Assembly (NCBI GenBank): GCA_965214605.1
Contig: OZ243961.1
Coordinates: 4,192,001-4,256,000, forward strand
Origin: an uncultured Candidatus Binatia bacterium
Lineage (GTDB): Bacteria; Desulfobacterota; Binatia; Bin18
DNA length: 64,000 nucleotides
Direction of reading: 5' to 3'
The notes beneath the pieces are model-generated. The model made no database searches and had not been told where the DNA came from. It saw nothing but the letters and a program-made list of their open reading frames with translations. The translations under genes and the position numbers were made by a program. Each line of letters opens with the position of its first letter. Position 1 is the stretch's first letter. This document shows positions 40,732 to 50,904 of the stretch, piece after piece.

Positions 40732-41358
40732 ATGAGCGAACCGAGTGTGAAACGCTCCATACAGGTAGACGGGACGCCGCTGCGTTATCTGGAAGCCGGG
40801 CAGGGCAGTCCTGTGGTCATACTAGCTCCGGTCGGGGAGCTTCAGCTGTCGCCCTTCGTCATCCTGCTCGCCCGGCGGTTCCGGGTCGTTGTCTTGGAGG
40901 TCTCCGAGTTACCAAGCCCGGAGCAGGTCAACATCGCCCGCAGGCTAAACCAAGCGGTCGCCGCGCTCGGTTTGGAGGACGCTGTGGTAATCGGCTGGAG
41001 CGACAGTGCCGCTATCGCCCTGTGGCAGGCTATTGACGCCCCGGACCATATTGGCGGGCTTGTCCTAATTTCACCAACCGTGTTGTTCCCCGAGGCCAAG
41101 TCGGCATTAATCGAGAGATTAGGGGAAGTGCAGGCGGCGACATTTGTGTTGTTTGGCACGAACGATGCAGCCATCCCGCCGGAAACAGGACGGCTCTATG
41201 TCGAGCGGCTACCCGACTGTTATTATGCTCTCACCTATGACGCGGGGCACGATATTGCGGGCGAACGACCTGAGGCGCTGTCCGAAGCGGTAAGCGACTT
41301 TGTCGAGCGGCGTGGCACGTTTATTGTCGAGCGGAAGAATACGACGCTCAATCCATAA
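40732..41358 (+). CDS. Short alpha/beta hydrolase-fold protein (cap-less)
   Basis: 'RYLEAGQG.P', 'IGWS', 'LVLISP', 'FGTND', 'DAGH...ERPE'. Confidence 0.75.
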   Translation: MSEPSVKRSIQVDGTPLRYLEAGQGSPVVILAPVGELQLSPFVILLARRFRVVVLEVSELPSPEQVNIARRLNQAVAALGLEDAVVIGWSDSAAIALWQAIDAPDHIGGLVLISPTVLFPEAKSALIERLGEVQAATFVLFGTNDAAIPPETGRLYVERLPDCYYALTYDAGHDIAGERPEALSEAVSDFVERRGTFIVERKNTTLNP

Positions 41359-41379
41359 ATGCCGCACAAGGCAGCCCTC

Positions 41380-42411
41380 CTACAGACATAGTTCTGCCAA
41401 TAGCCGCAGCGCTTCGATCTGATTGGTGCCGATGAGCATGGTGGTAACGGGTGAGGCTTTCCAGCGGGTCAGCTGCTCGGCAATGCGTTCTTTGGGGCCG
41501 ACGAGGGCCACAGCGTCGACCAACTCGTCGGGTACGGCTGCCTGCGCTTCGGCTTTGCGACCGGACAGATACAGGTCTTGGAGCCGTGTGGCCAGTCCCT
41601 CATAGCCGAAGTTGCGGACATAGCTGTTGTAGAAATTCTTGTTCCGTGCACCCATGCCTCCAATATAGAGCGCCAGACTAGCCTTGACCGGGGCGCGACA
41701 CTCGTCGAGATTGGTGCCCAGCACGCAGGTCACGTAGGGGGCCAGATCGAAATCCTGCCTCTTTTTGCCGTTCCCAGCCTTGGCAAAGCCGGCTTCAAGG
41801 TGGGGTGTGTAATAGTCCGCGCACCAGTCCGGACTCATCCATACCGGAAGCAACCCGTCGGCAATCTCGGCCGCCAGGGCGATACCCTTGGGACCGATCG
41901 AGGCAGTATAGACCTTCATGTCGGGACGGCCGTGGAGGATACTCTTGAGCGGTTTGCCCAATCCGCTGGCGGCCGGGCCTGCATACGGAATCTGATATTC
42001 TTGGCCGTCGTAGTGCAGCTTCTGCTCGCGGACAAGAATCTGGCGGATGATGTCGATGTACTCGCGGTAGCGCTGCAGCGGCTTGCCGTAGGGCACGCCA
42101 TGCCAGCCTTCGATGACCTGCGGATTTGACGGGCCTAGTCCGATCAAAAAACGACCGTTGGTCAGCCCATCAAGCGTCATAGCGGTCATGGCGGTCATGG
42201 CCGGCGTCCGGGCCTGCATCTGAAAAATTCCCGCGCCAAGCTTAATGGTGGACGTTCGCGCCCCGACAAAAGCGAGAAATGAGACCACGTCAGAACCCCA
42301 CGCCTCGCCAGTCCAAACCGAGTCAAAACCCAGCCGTTCGGCTTCGAGGATCGTTTCCATGGTTTCGTTCATCTTTGGGCCTGAGTAGCCGCTGACTAAT
42401 CCGAGTCGCAT
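41380..42411 (-). CDS. LLM-class probable F420-dependent oxidoreductase (Rv3520c-like)
   Basis: '[14 protein letters not shown]', '[17 protein letters not shown]', 'GLGPS.PQV.EGWHG', '[12 protein letters not shown]'. Confidence 0.9.
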   Translation of the reverse strand: MRLGLVSGYSGPKMNETMETILEAERLGFDSVWTGEAWGSDVVSFLAFVGARTSTIKLGAGIFQMQARTPAMTAMTAMTLDGLTNGRFLIGLGPSNPQVIEGWHGVPYGKPLQRYREYIDIIRQILVREQKLHYDGQEYQIPYAGPAASGLGKPLKSILHGRPDMKVYTASIGPKGIALAAEIADGLLPVWMSPDWCADYYTPHLEAGFAKAGNGKKRQDFDLAPYVTCVLGTNLDECRAPVKASLALYIGGMGARNKNFYNSYVRNFGYEGLATRLQDLYLSGRKAEAQAAVPDELVDAVALVGPKERIAEQLTRWKASPVTTMLIGTNQIEALRLLAELCL

Positions 42412-42521
42412 ACTATTGCCTCCTCTATGTGTGAGCTATATGTCTGTACATGTCCATCTTGAATGTCCTTGTAGACCACAAAAGCGACGAACTCAAATCT
42501 TTGTGAGGGCAAGGAGAACCC

Positions 42522-43211
42522 ATGGCCGAGAGCCGCGCTATTAACGCCGACCTGAGCCAACGGGCGGTAATGCACGTCGGGAGCATGACCTGGCAGGCGA
42601 GTCCGAGTCGGACGGTGTGGCGGAAACGGCTGTACTTGGTCGGCAGCACCGAAGCCGGTCAGGTGACGTCCGTTGTCCGCTATGATCCGAACTCGTCTTT
42701 TCCCGCTCATCAGCATCCGCGGGGAGAAGAAATTTTGGTGCTCGACGGGACGTTCTCGGACGAGCGTGGAGACTGGCCGGCCGGGACCTATCTGCTGAGT
42801 CCCGAGGGATTCCGACACGCGCCCTTCTCCAAACCGGGCTGTGTGCTGTTTGTGAAGCTGCGACAGTACGCCGGGCCGGGCCGTCGTTGCGTCATGGCTC
42901 GCACCGTTGAGCTGGCCTGGCAGCCGACCGACCGAGCCGGGATCGAGTCTAAATTCCTATACGCCCAAGAGGGCTTCGCCGACACGATGGAGTTGCAACG
43001 TTGGGCTCCGGGCACTTCTCCAGGGACGGTGACCTATCGGAATGGGGTTGAGATATTTGTTCTTAAAGGTGGGTTTGAGGACGAATACGGCGCATATCGA
43101 CGCTACTCGTGGCTGCGACTCCCGGCCCACGCCCGACACCATCCGGTATCGCCCAGCGGTTGTGAGCTGTACAGGAAAGTACATAGTACCTTGCCATGCT
43201 CCCACCCCTGA
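42522..43211 (+). CDS. ChrR-like bicupin protein
   Basis: 'INAD..QRAV', 'TSVVRY', 'FPAH.HP.GEEILVLDG.FSDE.G', 'LFVKLRQ'. Confidence 0.88.
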   Translation: MAESRAINADLSQRAVMHVGSMTWQASPSRTVWRKRLYLVGSTEAGQVTSVVRYDPNSSFPAHQHPRGEEILVLDGTFSDERGDWPAGTYLLSPEGFRHAPFSKPGCVLFVKLRQYAGPGRRCVMARTVELAWQPTDRAGIESKFLYAQEGFADTMELQRWAPGTSPGTVTYRNGVEIFVLKGGFEDEYGAYRRYSWLRLPAHARHHPVSPSGCELYRKVHSTLPCSHP

Positions 43212-43342
43212 TCGACACAATTGGGAATGTCGCCCTTTTGAGGTTGCCGTGCCTAGGCACGGCGAGGAACCTTGAAATAGTTGTAGACGGTCCGAAATAA
43301 AGAGCCCTATGGAAGAGACCCATATAAAAGGGGGAAATTGCA

Positions 43343-44194
43343 ATGCCACACTTGACTCGCTTACCCGCAACCGCTTCTCCAAAGGATGTAACCGCGGCGC
43401 TAGCCTGTGACGGCGCAGTGATCGTTGAAAACGCGATCGGTCGGCAGCAAGCCCAAGCCACGCTTGATGAACTGATGCCTTTTGTTGAGGCTACTCCGGT
43501 CGGTCGGGACGAGTTCTCCGGCTATCAGACCACGCGGACCGGGGCTCTGATTGCCCGCTCTGCGGCGTGTCGTGAACTCGTCATGCAGGATAAAATTCTG
43601 GGCGTGTGCGATGAGTTTTTGCTGCCCAACTGTAATCGCTACCAGCTTCATCTAGCCCAGGTCATCCGTCTCATGCCGGGCCAACCGAAACAGCTGTTGC
43701 ACCGCGACCGGTTGGTGTGGGGAGAGTATCTGCAGGGGCTCGAGCCACAGCTCAATACCCTGTGGGCGCTGACCGAGTTTACCGAGCAAAATGGCGCAAC
43801 CCAGCTCGTGCCGGGCAGCGCCGAGTGGCCCCAGGAGCGCGAGGCGACCCCGACGGAAATTACCTATGCCGAAATGTCGCCGGGCTCGGTTCTGGTGTAT
43901 TCTGGAACGGTTATCCATGCCGGCGGTGCAAATACCAGTCCGGCCGACCGAGTGGGGCTGAACATCACCTATTCTTTGGGCTGGCTGCGGCAGGAAGAAA
44001 ACCAGTACCTGTCCTGCCCGCCGGAGCTTGCCAAAGATTTCTCACCGCACCTCCAAGAGCTGCTCGGCTATACGATGATGAATTATGCCTTGGGTTACTT
44101 CACGCCACCGGTTGCGGCCGTCCAAGAGGTTGGTCTGCGGCCGCCGGAATTTGCCCTTGGCCGTCGGCCCCGCAAGCCGCGCAGATTTGCCTAG
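43343..44194 (+). CDS. Phytanoyl-CoA dioxygenase (PhyH) family Fe/2OG dioxygenase
   Basis: 'Q.LHRD', 'WAL.EFT..NGAT..VPGS', 'HAGGAN', 'GWLRQEENQYL'. Confidence 0.92.
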   Translation: MPHLTRLPATASPKDVTAALACDGAVIVENAIGRQQAQATLDELMPFVEATPVGRDEFSGYQTTRTGALIARSAACRELVMQDKILGVCDEFLLPNCNRYQLHLAQVIRLMPGQPKQLLHRDRLVWGEYLQGLEPQLNTLWALTEFTEQNGATQLVPGSAEWPQEREATPTEITYAEMSPGSVLVYSGTVIHAGGANTSPADRVGLNITYSLGWLRQEENQYLSCPPELAKDFSPHLQELLGYTMMNYALGYFTPPVAAVQEVGLRPPEFALGRRPRKPRRFA

Positions 44195-44210
44195 TACCAA
44201 GGAGCTTCCC

Positions 44211-44288
44211 ATGAAGGTCATGCCTCACCTGCCCTCGACCGCGTCGGTTCGCCTGACCGAGCGTGAAGATCACCCACCGGACGGATAA
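44211..44288 (+). pseudogene. Stub of a second PhyH-like gene
   Basis: AAGGAG RBS then 'MKVMPHLPSTAS', similar to the upstream PhyH N-terminus 'MPHLTRLPATAS'. It stops after 25 codons. Confidence 0.4.
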
Positions 44289-44666
44289 AACTCACGAATT
44301 GCCGGACAAGAACGGAAACGGGCAGGCGCGTGGGAAGCTGCTGCTCTTCTGCTCTTGGCTAAACGCAGGGGCGGAACGTTTGGCAAACACCTGTCGCCAG
44401 GCTATAGGTAGTTCCCTACAGGAGGGCTGTTCAGGTGACACAAAAGGTTTTCCCGCCTCAAGCTTTCCACTCGGTCTGGATAAACCCTGTGATTTTTACG
44501 CAAACGTCACGATACGATCGCAACATAAACTGCGGATGGGCTGGGATGAAGAGCCTGAGGAGACCTCGGTCGGCCGTCATGATTGAGGCACCCAGAAATT
44601 TGCAGTGAACGGAGACCGGACTACGGGGGCCGCTCTGACACCCGATGGCACGAAACGAGGACAGCG

Positions 44667-45812
44667 ATGAAAACTCCTATTTGTGAGATGTTTGGCATCG
44701 AGTTTCCGCTTATTGCTTTTACCCACTGTCGAGACGTGGTGGTGGCGGTCTCCAAAGCCGGCGCTATGGGGGTCTTCGGCGCTGTGGCCCATCCCCCTGA
44801 TCGTCTGGAAGAAGAGTTGCGCTGGATTGACGAGCACATTGATGGCAAGCCGTACGGTATCGACCTCATTGTGCCGAACAAGATTGCTCAGGAGAGTATC
44901 GGCGGACTGGATAGGGACAAGGTGCAGGCCGTTATTCCCGAGGCGTATTTTCGGTTTGCGGCCGAAATTCTCGCCCAGTATGATATCCCTTCGGAGGGCG
45001 TGTATAGATTCGGCGATGATTCTTTTCGGGCCAGCCAGAATATGCAGGCCAGCGGCGCGGCTGAAGTCCTGGAGGTCGCCTTCTCGCATCCCATCAAACT
45101 TGTCGCCAACGCGCTAGGTGTCCCGCCCCAGATCATGCTCGACATGGGCAAACACCACCACGTTCCGGTAGCCGCCCTAGTCGGGGCTCAGCACCACGCC
45201 CTACGCCAAGTCCAGGCCGGCGTTGATCTGCTGGTAGTCGCCGGCGGTGAAGCGGGCGGCCACTGCGGCGACGTTTCGACCTTAGTGTTAATCCCTGAAA
45301 TCTGCCAGGCAGTTGAGGCCTATGGCAATGTCCCGGTTTTGGCTGCCGGAGGGATTGTGACCGGCCGTCAAATGGCCGCCTGCATGGCTATGGGAGCGGC
45401 CGGCGCGTGGACCGGTTCAGTGTGGCTGACAACAAGCGAGGCGGAAACCAACCCGGTGGTCAAGGAAAAAATGCTGCGCGCCTCCTCGCGCGATACTGTA
45501 CGCTCTAAAGCCCGAACCGGCAAGTATTCTCGCCAGCTCAAGTCGCCTTGGACCGATGCCTGGGAGGCCAAGGGCAGCCCCACGCCGCTCCCCATGCCCC
45601 TGCAGTCACTGGTCGCCGAGCCCGCGTTGCGCGAGGTTGATAAGCTGTCCCAGAGCGGCCATGAGGGCGCAAAAGCATTGGCTACATATTGGGTCGGCCA
45701 GGGGGTGGGGCTGATGAACCGTCAGATGTCGGCTGGCGCGCTGGTCCAAGAGTTTAAGGAGGATTTTTTTAACGCCTTTGTGCGTCTGTCCGACGCGTTG
45801 GAGGCAGAATAA
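44667..45812 (+). CDS. Nitronate monooxygenase (2-nitropropane dioxygenase) family
   Basis: 'GIEFPL.AF.HCRDVV.AVS.AG', 'EAGGHCG', 'PVLAAGGI..G.Q', 'GAWTGS.WL', 'VGQGVG'. Confidence 0.9.
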   Translation: MKTPICEMFGIEFPLIAFTHCRDVVVAVSKAGAMGVFGAVAHPPDRLEEELRWIDEHIDGKPYGIDLIVPNKIAQESIGGLDRDKVQAVIPEAYFRFAAEILAQYDIPSEGVYRFGDDSFRASQNMQASGAAEVLEVAFSHPIKLVANALGVPPQIMLDMGKHHHVPVAALVGAQHHALRQVQAGVDLLVVAGGEAGGHCGDVSTLVLIPEICQAVEAYGNVPVLAAGGIVTGRQMAACMAMGAAGAWTGSVWLTTSEAETNPVVKEKMLRASSRDTVRSKARTGKYSRQLKSPWTDAWEAKGSPTPLPMPLQSLVAEPALREVDKLSQSGHEGAKALATYWVGQGVGLMNRQMSAGALVQEFKEDFFNAFVRLSDALEAE

Positions 45813-45825
45813 GGAGGGGACCCTT

Positions 45826-46767
45826 ATGGCGGAAATACGAGAAATCACCTCAGGCCTGCGGTATCCGGAGGGCCCGGTGGCCATGGATGACGGCAGCGTG
45901 ATTGTCACCGAGCTGCAGGTCGGGAGGCTGGTGCGAGTGCAGCCGGATGGAACGAAAGAGGTGGTGGCCGAGCTGGGTGGTTCGGCAAACGGAGCCGCCG
46001 TTGGTCCGGACGGCCTCATGTACGTGTGCAACAACGGCGGACTCAAGATGATTGAGATTGACGGCAAACTCATCCCCGCAGAAGGTCTGCCAGACGACTA
46101 TACGGGCGGCTGTATTCAACGGGTCAACCTCGCCACCGGGGCGGTTGAAACGCTGTATACCGAGTGTGACGGACATCAGCTGCGCGGTCCGAACGATCTT
46201 GTCTTTGATGCCGCGGGTGGGTTTTGGTTCACCGACTTTGGCAAGGTGCAGGAACGACACAAAGATCGTGGGGGCGTGTATTACGCCAAGCCGGACGGAT
46301 CGCTGATTCAAGAGATGGTATATCCGATTGACGGCCCAAACGGCGTTGGGCTGGCTCCTGGTGATACCAAGCTGTACGTGCCACAAACCTTCGAGGGCCG
46401 GGTGTGGGAGTGGGAGCTGGCCGGACCCGGAGCATTTGCCGATGCGGGCAGTGGAGACGGGCAGATGCTGACCGGGCCTGGTGGGGGAAAGCTGTTAGCC
46501 GGACTACCCGGCTACCAACTGCTTGATTCCATGGCGGTTGATAGCGCGGGCAACGTGTGTATCGCAACCCTGATGAACGGCGGTATCACCGTGATCTCGC
46601 CCGGCGGCGAGTCGGTCGCCCATATCCCCACCCCTGATCCGCTGACAACGAATATCTGCTTTGGCGGACCGGATCTCAAAACGGCCTACATCACCCTGAC
46701 CGGCTTGGGGGCTCTGGTTGCCATGGACTGGCCTCGACCGGGGCTGAAACTGCACTATACCCGCTGA
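45826..46767 (+). CDS. SMP-30/gluconolactonase family protein
   Basis: 'YPEGPV', 'NGAAVGPDG', 'PNDLVFD..GG.WFTD', 'PNG.GL', 'DS.AVD..GN', 'TNICFGG'. Confidence 0.92.
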   Translation: MAEIREITSGLRYPEGPVAMDDGSVIVTELQVGRLVRVQPDGTKEVVAELGGSANGAAVGPDGLMYVCNNGGLKMIEIDGKLIPAEGLPDDYTGGCIQRVNLATGAVETLYTECDGHQLRGPNDLVFDAAGGFWFTDFGKVQERHKDRGGVYYAKPDGSLIQEMVYPIDGPNGVGLAPGDTKLYVPQTFEGRVWEWELAGPGAFADAGSGDGQMLTGPGGGKLLAGLPGYQLLDSMAVDSAGNVCIATLMNGGITVISPGGESVAHIPTPDPLTTNICFGGPDLKTAYITLTGLGALVAMDWPRPGLKLHYTR

Positions 46768-46794
46768 TGTCTACACCAAGACAAGGGAGAGGAT

Positions 46795-47334
46795 ATGCCT
46801 GAGGAACGACCCTTTACCTCCGAAGAGATTCAGAAGCTGCGCGAACTGCTGGAAATCGAAGCCATACGCAAGGTTAGAACCCTCTACACCCACCTTTTGG
46901 ACGGCGGGGATATCGGCGCGTTGGCGGCGCTGTTTACCGAGGATGCTCTGTGTGAGTTTGGGCCATACGGCGAATGGCGTGGCCGGGAAACGATTAGACA
47001 CAACTACCAACAGGTGTTCAGCGCTCAGATAAAAGATACGTTCGGCTCTCTGCACAACACGGGCAACCACTGGATTGAGCTGACCGGTCCGACAACTGCG
47101 GTGGGTCGGTCCTACCTTATCGACGTACTTACCCATACCGACCCGGCCACCAACCCGGTCGAGTGGTTCGGGCTGTATGACGACGCCTATCAGAAAGTCG
47201 AGGGCGCGTGGCTCATTGAGCGTATCAGCCTGCAGTTTCTGTGGCCGCAGCGCCAGTTTACCAACGGCTTTGCAATGCCGTTTCCGCCAAGGCAACTCGG
47301 GATCAGACCCAAGACTCAAGGAGGCGTAGCATGA
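46795..47334 (+). CDS. SnoaL/NTF2-like protein (LinA/BaiE-like dehydratase fold)
   Basis: 'IEAIR.....Y...LD.GD...L..LFTEDA', 'H..GNHWI', 'G.Y.D.Y.K..G.W.I'. Confidence 0.82.
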   Translation: MPEERPFTSEEIQKLRELLEIEAIRKVRTLYTHLLDGGDIGALAALFTEDALCEFGPYGEWRGRETIRHNYQQVFSAQIKDTFGSLHNTGNHWIELTGPTTAVGRSYLIDVLTHTDPATNPVEWFGLYDDAYQKVEGAWLIERISLQFLWPQRQFTNGFAMPFPPRQLGIRPKTQGGVA

Positions 47335-48113
47335 TTCGCTTAACATTTGTCCTCCGTCGTAAACCCGGCATGTCACGCGCCGAATTCCACAAGTACTGGC
47401 GTGAGGTACACGGTCCCTTGGTGGCTAAGCACGCCACCGCCCTAGCGGTTCACCGCTATGTACAGGTCCATACTCTCGATGATCCGATCAACGACCAGCT
47501 GGCTTCCGCGCGGGGCGGCATGGAGCCGATCTATGACGGCGTGGCAGAGGTGTGGTGGACCAATCGCGCGGCCTTGGTCAACACTTTTGGGACCGAGGCG
47601 GGTCGCGCGGCGGTTCAGGAATTGGTCGAGGACGAGGCGCGATTTATTGATCTGGCCCAGTCACCGCTGTGGCTGGCCTATGAATATCCTCAGGTCAACC
47701 CGATTCCAGAGGAGTTGGTGGCGCGGGAAAATAGCGGTTTGCTGAAGCTGTTCTTCTGTCTGCGACACCCCGACACGCTCAATCTTGACGAGGCCCAGCT
47801 GTACTGGCGCACCAACCACGGCCCGCTGATTCGGGGGGTGGCGTCCGCCATGCGAATGAAACGCTACCTGCAAGTCCACCGCTTCGAGGATGAGATCGAA
47901 GCCCAGCTCCGAGCCAGCCGAGGGACGACGGTTGCGCCCTACACCGGTCATGCCGAAGCCTGGTTCGACCGGGTTGACCTAGCCTCGGTCGGGACCACAC
48001 CGGAGGGCCGGCAGGCAATGCAGGTGGCGGTTGAGGATGAATCCCACTTCATTGATTTTCCGCGCTCGGCCATGTGGGTCGCCAAAGAACGGGTGTTTAT
48101 CGATCGGAGATAG
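47331..48113 (+). CDS. Tandem EthD-domain protein
   Basis: 'LRRKPGMSR.EF..YW..VHGPL', 'YDGVAE.W', 'EDE..FID', with the domain repeated twice. ATGA overlap with the upstream gene. Confidence 0.9.
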   Translation: MIRLTFVLRRKPGMSRAEFHKYWREVHGPLVAKHATALAVHRYVQVHTLDDPINDQLASARGGMEPIYDGVAEVWWTNRAALVNTFGTEAGRAAVQELVEDEARFIDLAQSPLWLAYEYPQVNPIPEELVARENSGLLKLFFCLRHPDTLNLDEAQLYWRTNHGPLIRGVASAMRMKRYLQVHRFEDEIEAQLRASRGTTVAPYTGHAEAWFDRVDLASVGTTPEGRQAMQVAVEDESHFIDFPRSAMWVAKERVFIDRR

Positions 48114-48116
48114 CGA

Positions 48117-48533
48117 TCAGTCAATCCGATTGAACACCACGACTGGGATCTGCCGGGTGGTTTTTTTCTGGTAGTCGTTAAAAATTGGCATCTGCTCAGC
48201 CTGCCGGTCGAACAGCCGCTGGCGCTCCTCGCCGCCCGTCACCTCTGCTTTGGCCCGAAAGCGTTCGGTTCCGATTTCGAGTGTGATCTCGGGATTCGCG
48301 ACTAGGTTGTGATACCAGCCCGGGTGGTGGGGCGCTCCAGCGAAAGAGGCAATGACAACAATGCGATCCCCGTCGGTCGTATACACCAGTGGCTTCGTGA
48401 TCGTTCGGCCACTCTTGGCTCCGGTCATGGTTAGCAGCACCACCGGCATATTCTCCATCTGTCCTCCGACCTTGCCCTCGTTGGCCCGAAATTCCTCAAT
48501 CACCTTTTTATTGTACTCGTTGAGCTCTGACAT
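48117..48533 (-). CDS. Deazaflavin (F420H2)-dependent nitroreductase/quinone reductase (Ddn family)
   Basis: 'N..VIEEFRAN.G.VGG', 'LLT.TGAKSG', 'AS.AGAP.HP.WYHNL.ANP', 'YQ.KT.R.IPV'. Confidence 0.93.
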   Translation of the reverse strand: MSELNEYNKKVIEEFRANEGKVGGQMENMPVVLLTMTGAKSGRTITKPLVYTTDGDRIVVIASFAGAPHHPGWYHNLVANPEITLEIGTERFRAKAEVTGGEERQRLFDRQAEQMPIFNDYQKKTTRQIPVVVFNRID

Positions 48534-49097
48534 ATATTCCTCCGTGTGATTTTGCTCTGATCCGTGTCTTTGGCCTGTTCATTGGCTACACTGAAAGCCG
48601 CTGTCAGGCAAGCGGTCCCCCAGCCCGGTGTCTGGGACGGGCGCGCGCTGGGCAGCCTGGGGGGCTGTCCTCCGCCAAGAAGAGAGTTTATGCCAATCCC
48701 AACGATTTTCTGCAATGATCAGAAACTTTCCCCCTTTACCCGGCCCTCAAGATCGTGGTGGCCGGGGGGAAAGCCTCGTGGATGGAGGAAGTGTTGGAGA
48801 AGATGGAAGCGTCGCCCCGCACCATTCCCCTGCTCCACTACTACCCGGTCCGCACCGACGTGTGGGAAGCAGGACGGGTGGTGCTCGGCTTTGACGCCGA
48901 GCAGCGGCTGATCCAGCACCTGCCCCGGCTCTTCGCCCACTCTGGGGCTCACGCTATCCCCAGCAAGACACGACCAGTGCCTGGGAGGCGATTGCCCAGC
49001 TCAGACAGGCGTCGGTCGCCGAGCCCACGCTTGCCCAGATGCTGGGGGGCAACGCATAGCTTGAGGCCTGCAATTCTGCTTCTGGCCTCTCCCAAAA

Positions 49098-50318
49098 TCA
49101 GACCGGGCCGCTGTGCAGAATCCCCCTGCGTTCCAGCTCCTGGACCTCGTCCGGGGGATAGCCGAGCCACTCAGTCAGAATCTCGGCATTATGCTCGCCC
49201 AACAGCGGGGCTTGTAAATCGAGGGGCGTCGGAAATTCTGAAAATCGTAGAGCAAATCCCGGCACGTCGAGGTCGCCAAGTATCCGATCGTGCACCGTCC
49301 GCACGGTCCCGCGCTGACGCAGATGGGGATGCTGGAGTGCCTCGGGCACGGACAGAATCGGCGCAATCGGCACGTGATGCGCCTTCAGCCTCTCAATCGC
49401 CGCGTCGTCGCTCGGCTGGGTGCGAATCCAGTCCTCGATGATCTGCACCAAGGCCTTCAGATTGTTCATCCGTGCGGCGTTATCGGTAAAGCGTGGGTCG
49501 CGTGCCATTTCTGGACACCCCATTGCCTGGCACAACTTCGACCAGTGCTGCTCTAAGGGCGCGATGAGGATCATGTAACGCTCGCGTCCCTTAAAGACAC
49601 CGGCCGGACTAGCGTACCACGAATGCGCTCCGGAACGGGTCGGATTGATCGCGCCCTTACTCAGACTATACATCTGGAAGCTGGCCTCATGATAATGGGC
49701 ATACGTATCCAGGAGAGAGAGGTCTAGGTGCTGCCCGCGGCCGGTCCGTTCCCGGTATAACAGGGCGGCGCAGATCGCGCCCATGGCATGCGCGCCGGTT
49801 GAAACGTCGCCCATGGCGACCATGGCGAAGATGGGCGACCCATCTTTCTCGCCTCCCATTGAGGTGATGCCTGAGTAGGCCGCTCCCACCCAGTCAAAGC
49901 CCGGTTCATGGGCCAGCGGTCCGGTTTGGCCAAAGGCAGAGATGGAGCACATGACCAGCCCCGGATTGAGCTGGCTCACCACCGCATAGTCGAGGCCGAG
50001 GCGCCCGATTACTCCTGGGGCGTAGTTTTCCACCAGAACATCGACTTTCTTGACCAACCCTTTGAGGATCTTGAGTCCCTCGGGCGTTTTGGCGTCAAGG
50101 CACAGGTCCTTTTTGCCGCGGTTATGCTGGACAAAATACCCGCTGCGGCCGTCAAGGACGACCGGGCCGAGGCGCGCACCGTCGCCGGTCGGAGCCAGCT
50201 CGACCTTGATCACCTCAGCCCCCATTTCGGCCATCATCAAAGTGCAGGTCGGCCCTGCCACAATCTGTGAGAAATCCAGAACCTTGTAGCCCTCAAGCAC
50301 GTGCGTCGATTGGGTCAT
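49098..50318 (-). CDS. CaiB/BaiF family III CoA-transferase
   Basis: 'VLDFSQ..AGP', 'GAEVIKVE', 'NRGKK', 'DVLVENY.PG', 'SISAFGQTGP...PGFD', 'APLLGEHN'. Confidence 0.93.
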   Translation of the reverse strand: MTQSTHVLEGYKVLDFSQIVAGPTCTLMMAEMGAEVIKVELAPTGDGARLGPVVLDGRSGYFVQHNRGKKDLCLDAKTPEGLKILKGLVKKVDVLVENYAPGVIGRLGLDYAVVSQLNPGLVMCSISAFGQTGPLAHEPGFDWVGAAYSGITSMGGEKDGSPIFAMVAMGDVSTGAHAMGAICAALLYRERTGRGQHLDLSLLDTYAHYHEASFQMYSLSKGAINPTRSGAHSWYASPAGVFKGRERYMILIAPLEQHWSKLCQAMGCPEMARDPRFTDNAARMNNLKALVQIIEDWIRTQPSDDAAIERLKAHHVPIAPILSVPEALQHPHLRQRGTVRTVHDRILGDLDVPGFALRFSEFPTPLDLQAPLLGEHNAEILTEWLGYPPDEVQELERRGILHSGPV

Positions 50319-50743
50319 CGCGGTCTTCCTCCCGGTCCCGAGAACGGCGCTTCGACGAGAGCCAGCGCCACAATCTTCCACCTCTCCGCATCCCGACGGT
50401 ATAGATACGTGGCTCGCAGTTTCTCCAAAACTGAACCGTCTCGTTTGTAGCGGGTCACATCGGCCACTATTTGGGCCAGCGACCCGGAATAGGGAAAGAC
50501 TTGGAGCCCATCAATCTCGCTGCGTCCCCACCCGCTGGCATGCAAACCCGCCATAATGTTTTGATACACCGTATGATGGTCGGCCTCGGTCTGGACGTTG
50601 GTGAGACCCTGCTCGCCGCTGAGCATGACATGTGGGTGGGCGTAGCAGCCGACAAACGCGGCCGCGTCTTCACGGTTGAAGACCGCAATATAGTGGTGAT
50701 AGGCAGCCTCGATTTCCCGAACGATTAGGTTTGCCTCAGCCAT
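50315..50743 (-). CDS. NTF2-like (SnoaL/DUF4440-like) protein
   Basis: 'Y..Y...FN..D', 'TRY..DG', 'TYL......WKI'. ATGA overlap with the CoA-transferase. Confidence 0.75.
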   Translation of the reverse strand: MAEANLIVREIEAAYHHYIAVFNREDAAAFVGCYAHPHVMLSGEQGLTNVQTEADHHTVYQNIMAGLHASGWGRSEIDGLQVFPYSGSLAQIVADVTRYKRDGSVLEKLRATYLYRRDAERWKIVALALVEAPFSGPGGRPR

Positions 50744-50904
50744 ACAGCCCTCCTGTTTTCGTGATCCTTCCGTGCGGAAAGACGTCCTGTTGGTGAGTGC
50801 TATACCACTCCAGGACTGCCTGGAAAAGAGAAGAGTGGCCTCGGATAACCACGTTCACGGATGTGAGCTTGCGGAGAGCCCGGAATGCCGATAGGGAGGG
50901 TATG

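Noticed and set aside
44483-44504. Second NrtR-like site (GT-GATTTTT-ACGCAAA) upstream of the NMO gene
   Set aside because: The right half matches the nadA operator but the left half is not palindromic, and the downstream genes have no NAD link. Probably chance.
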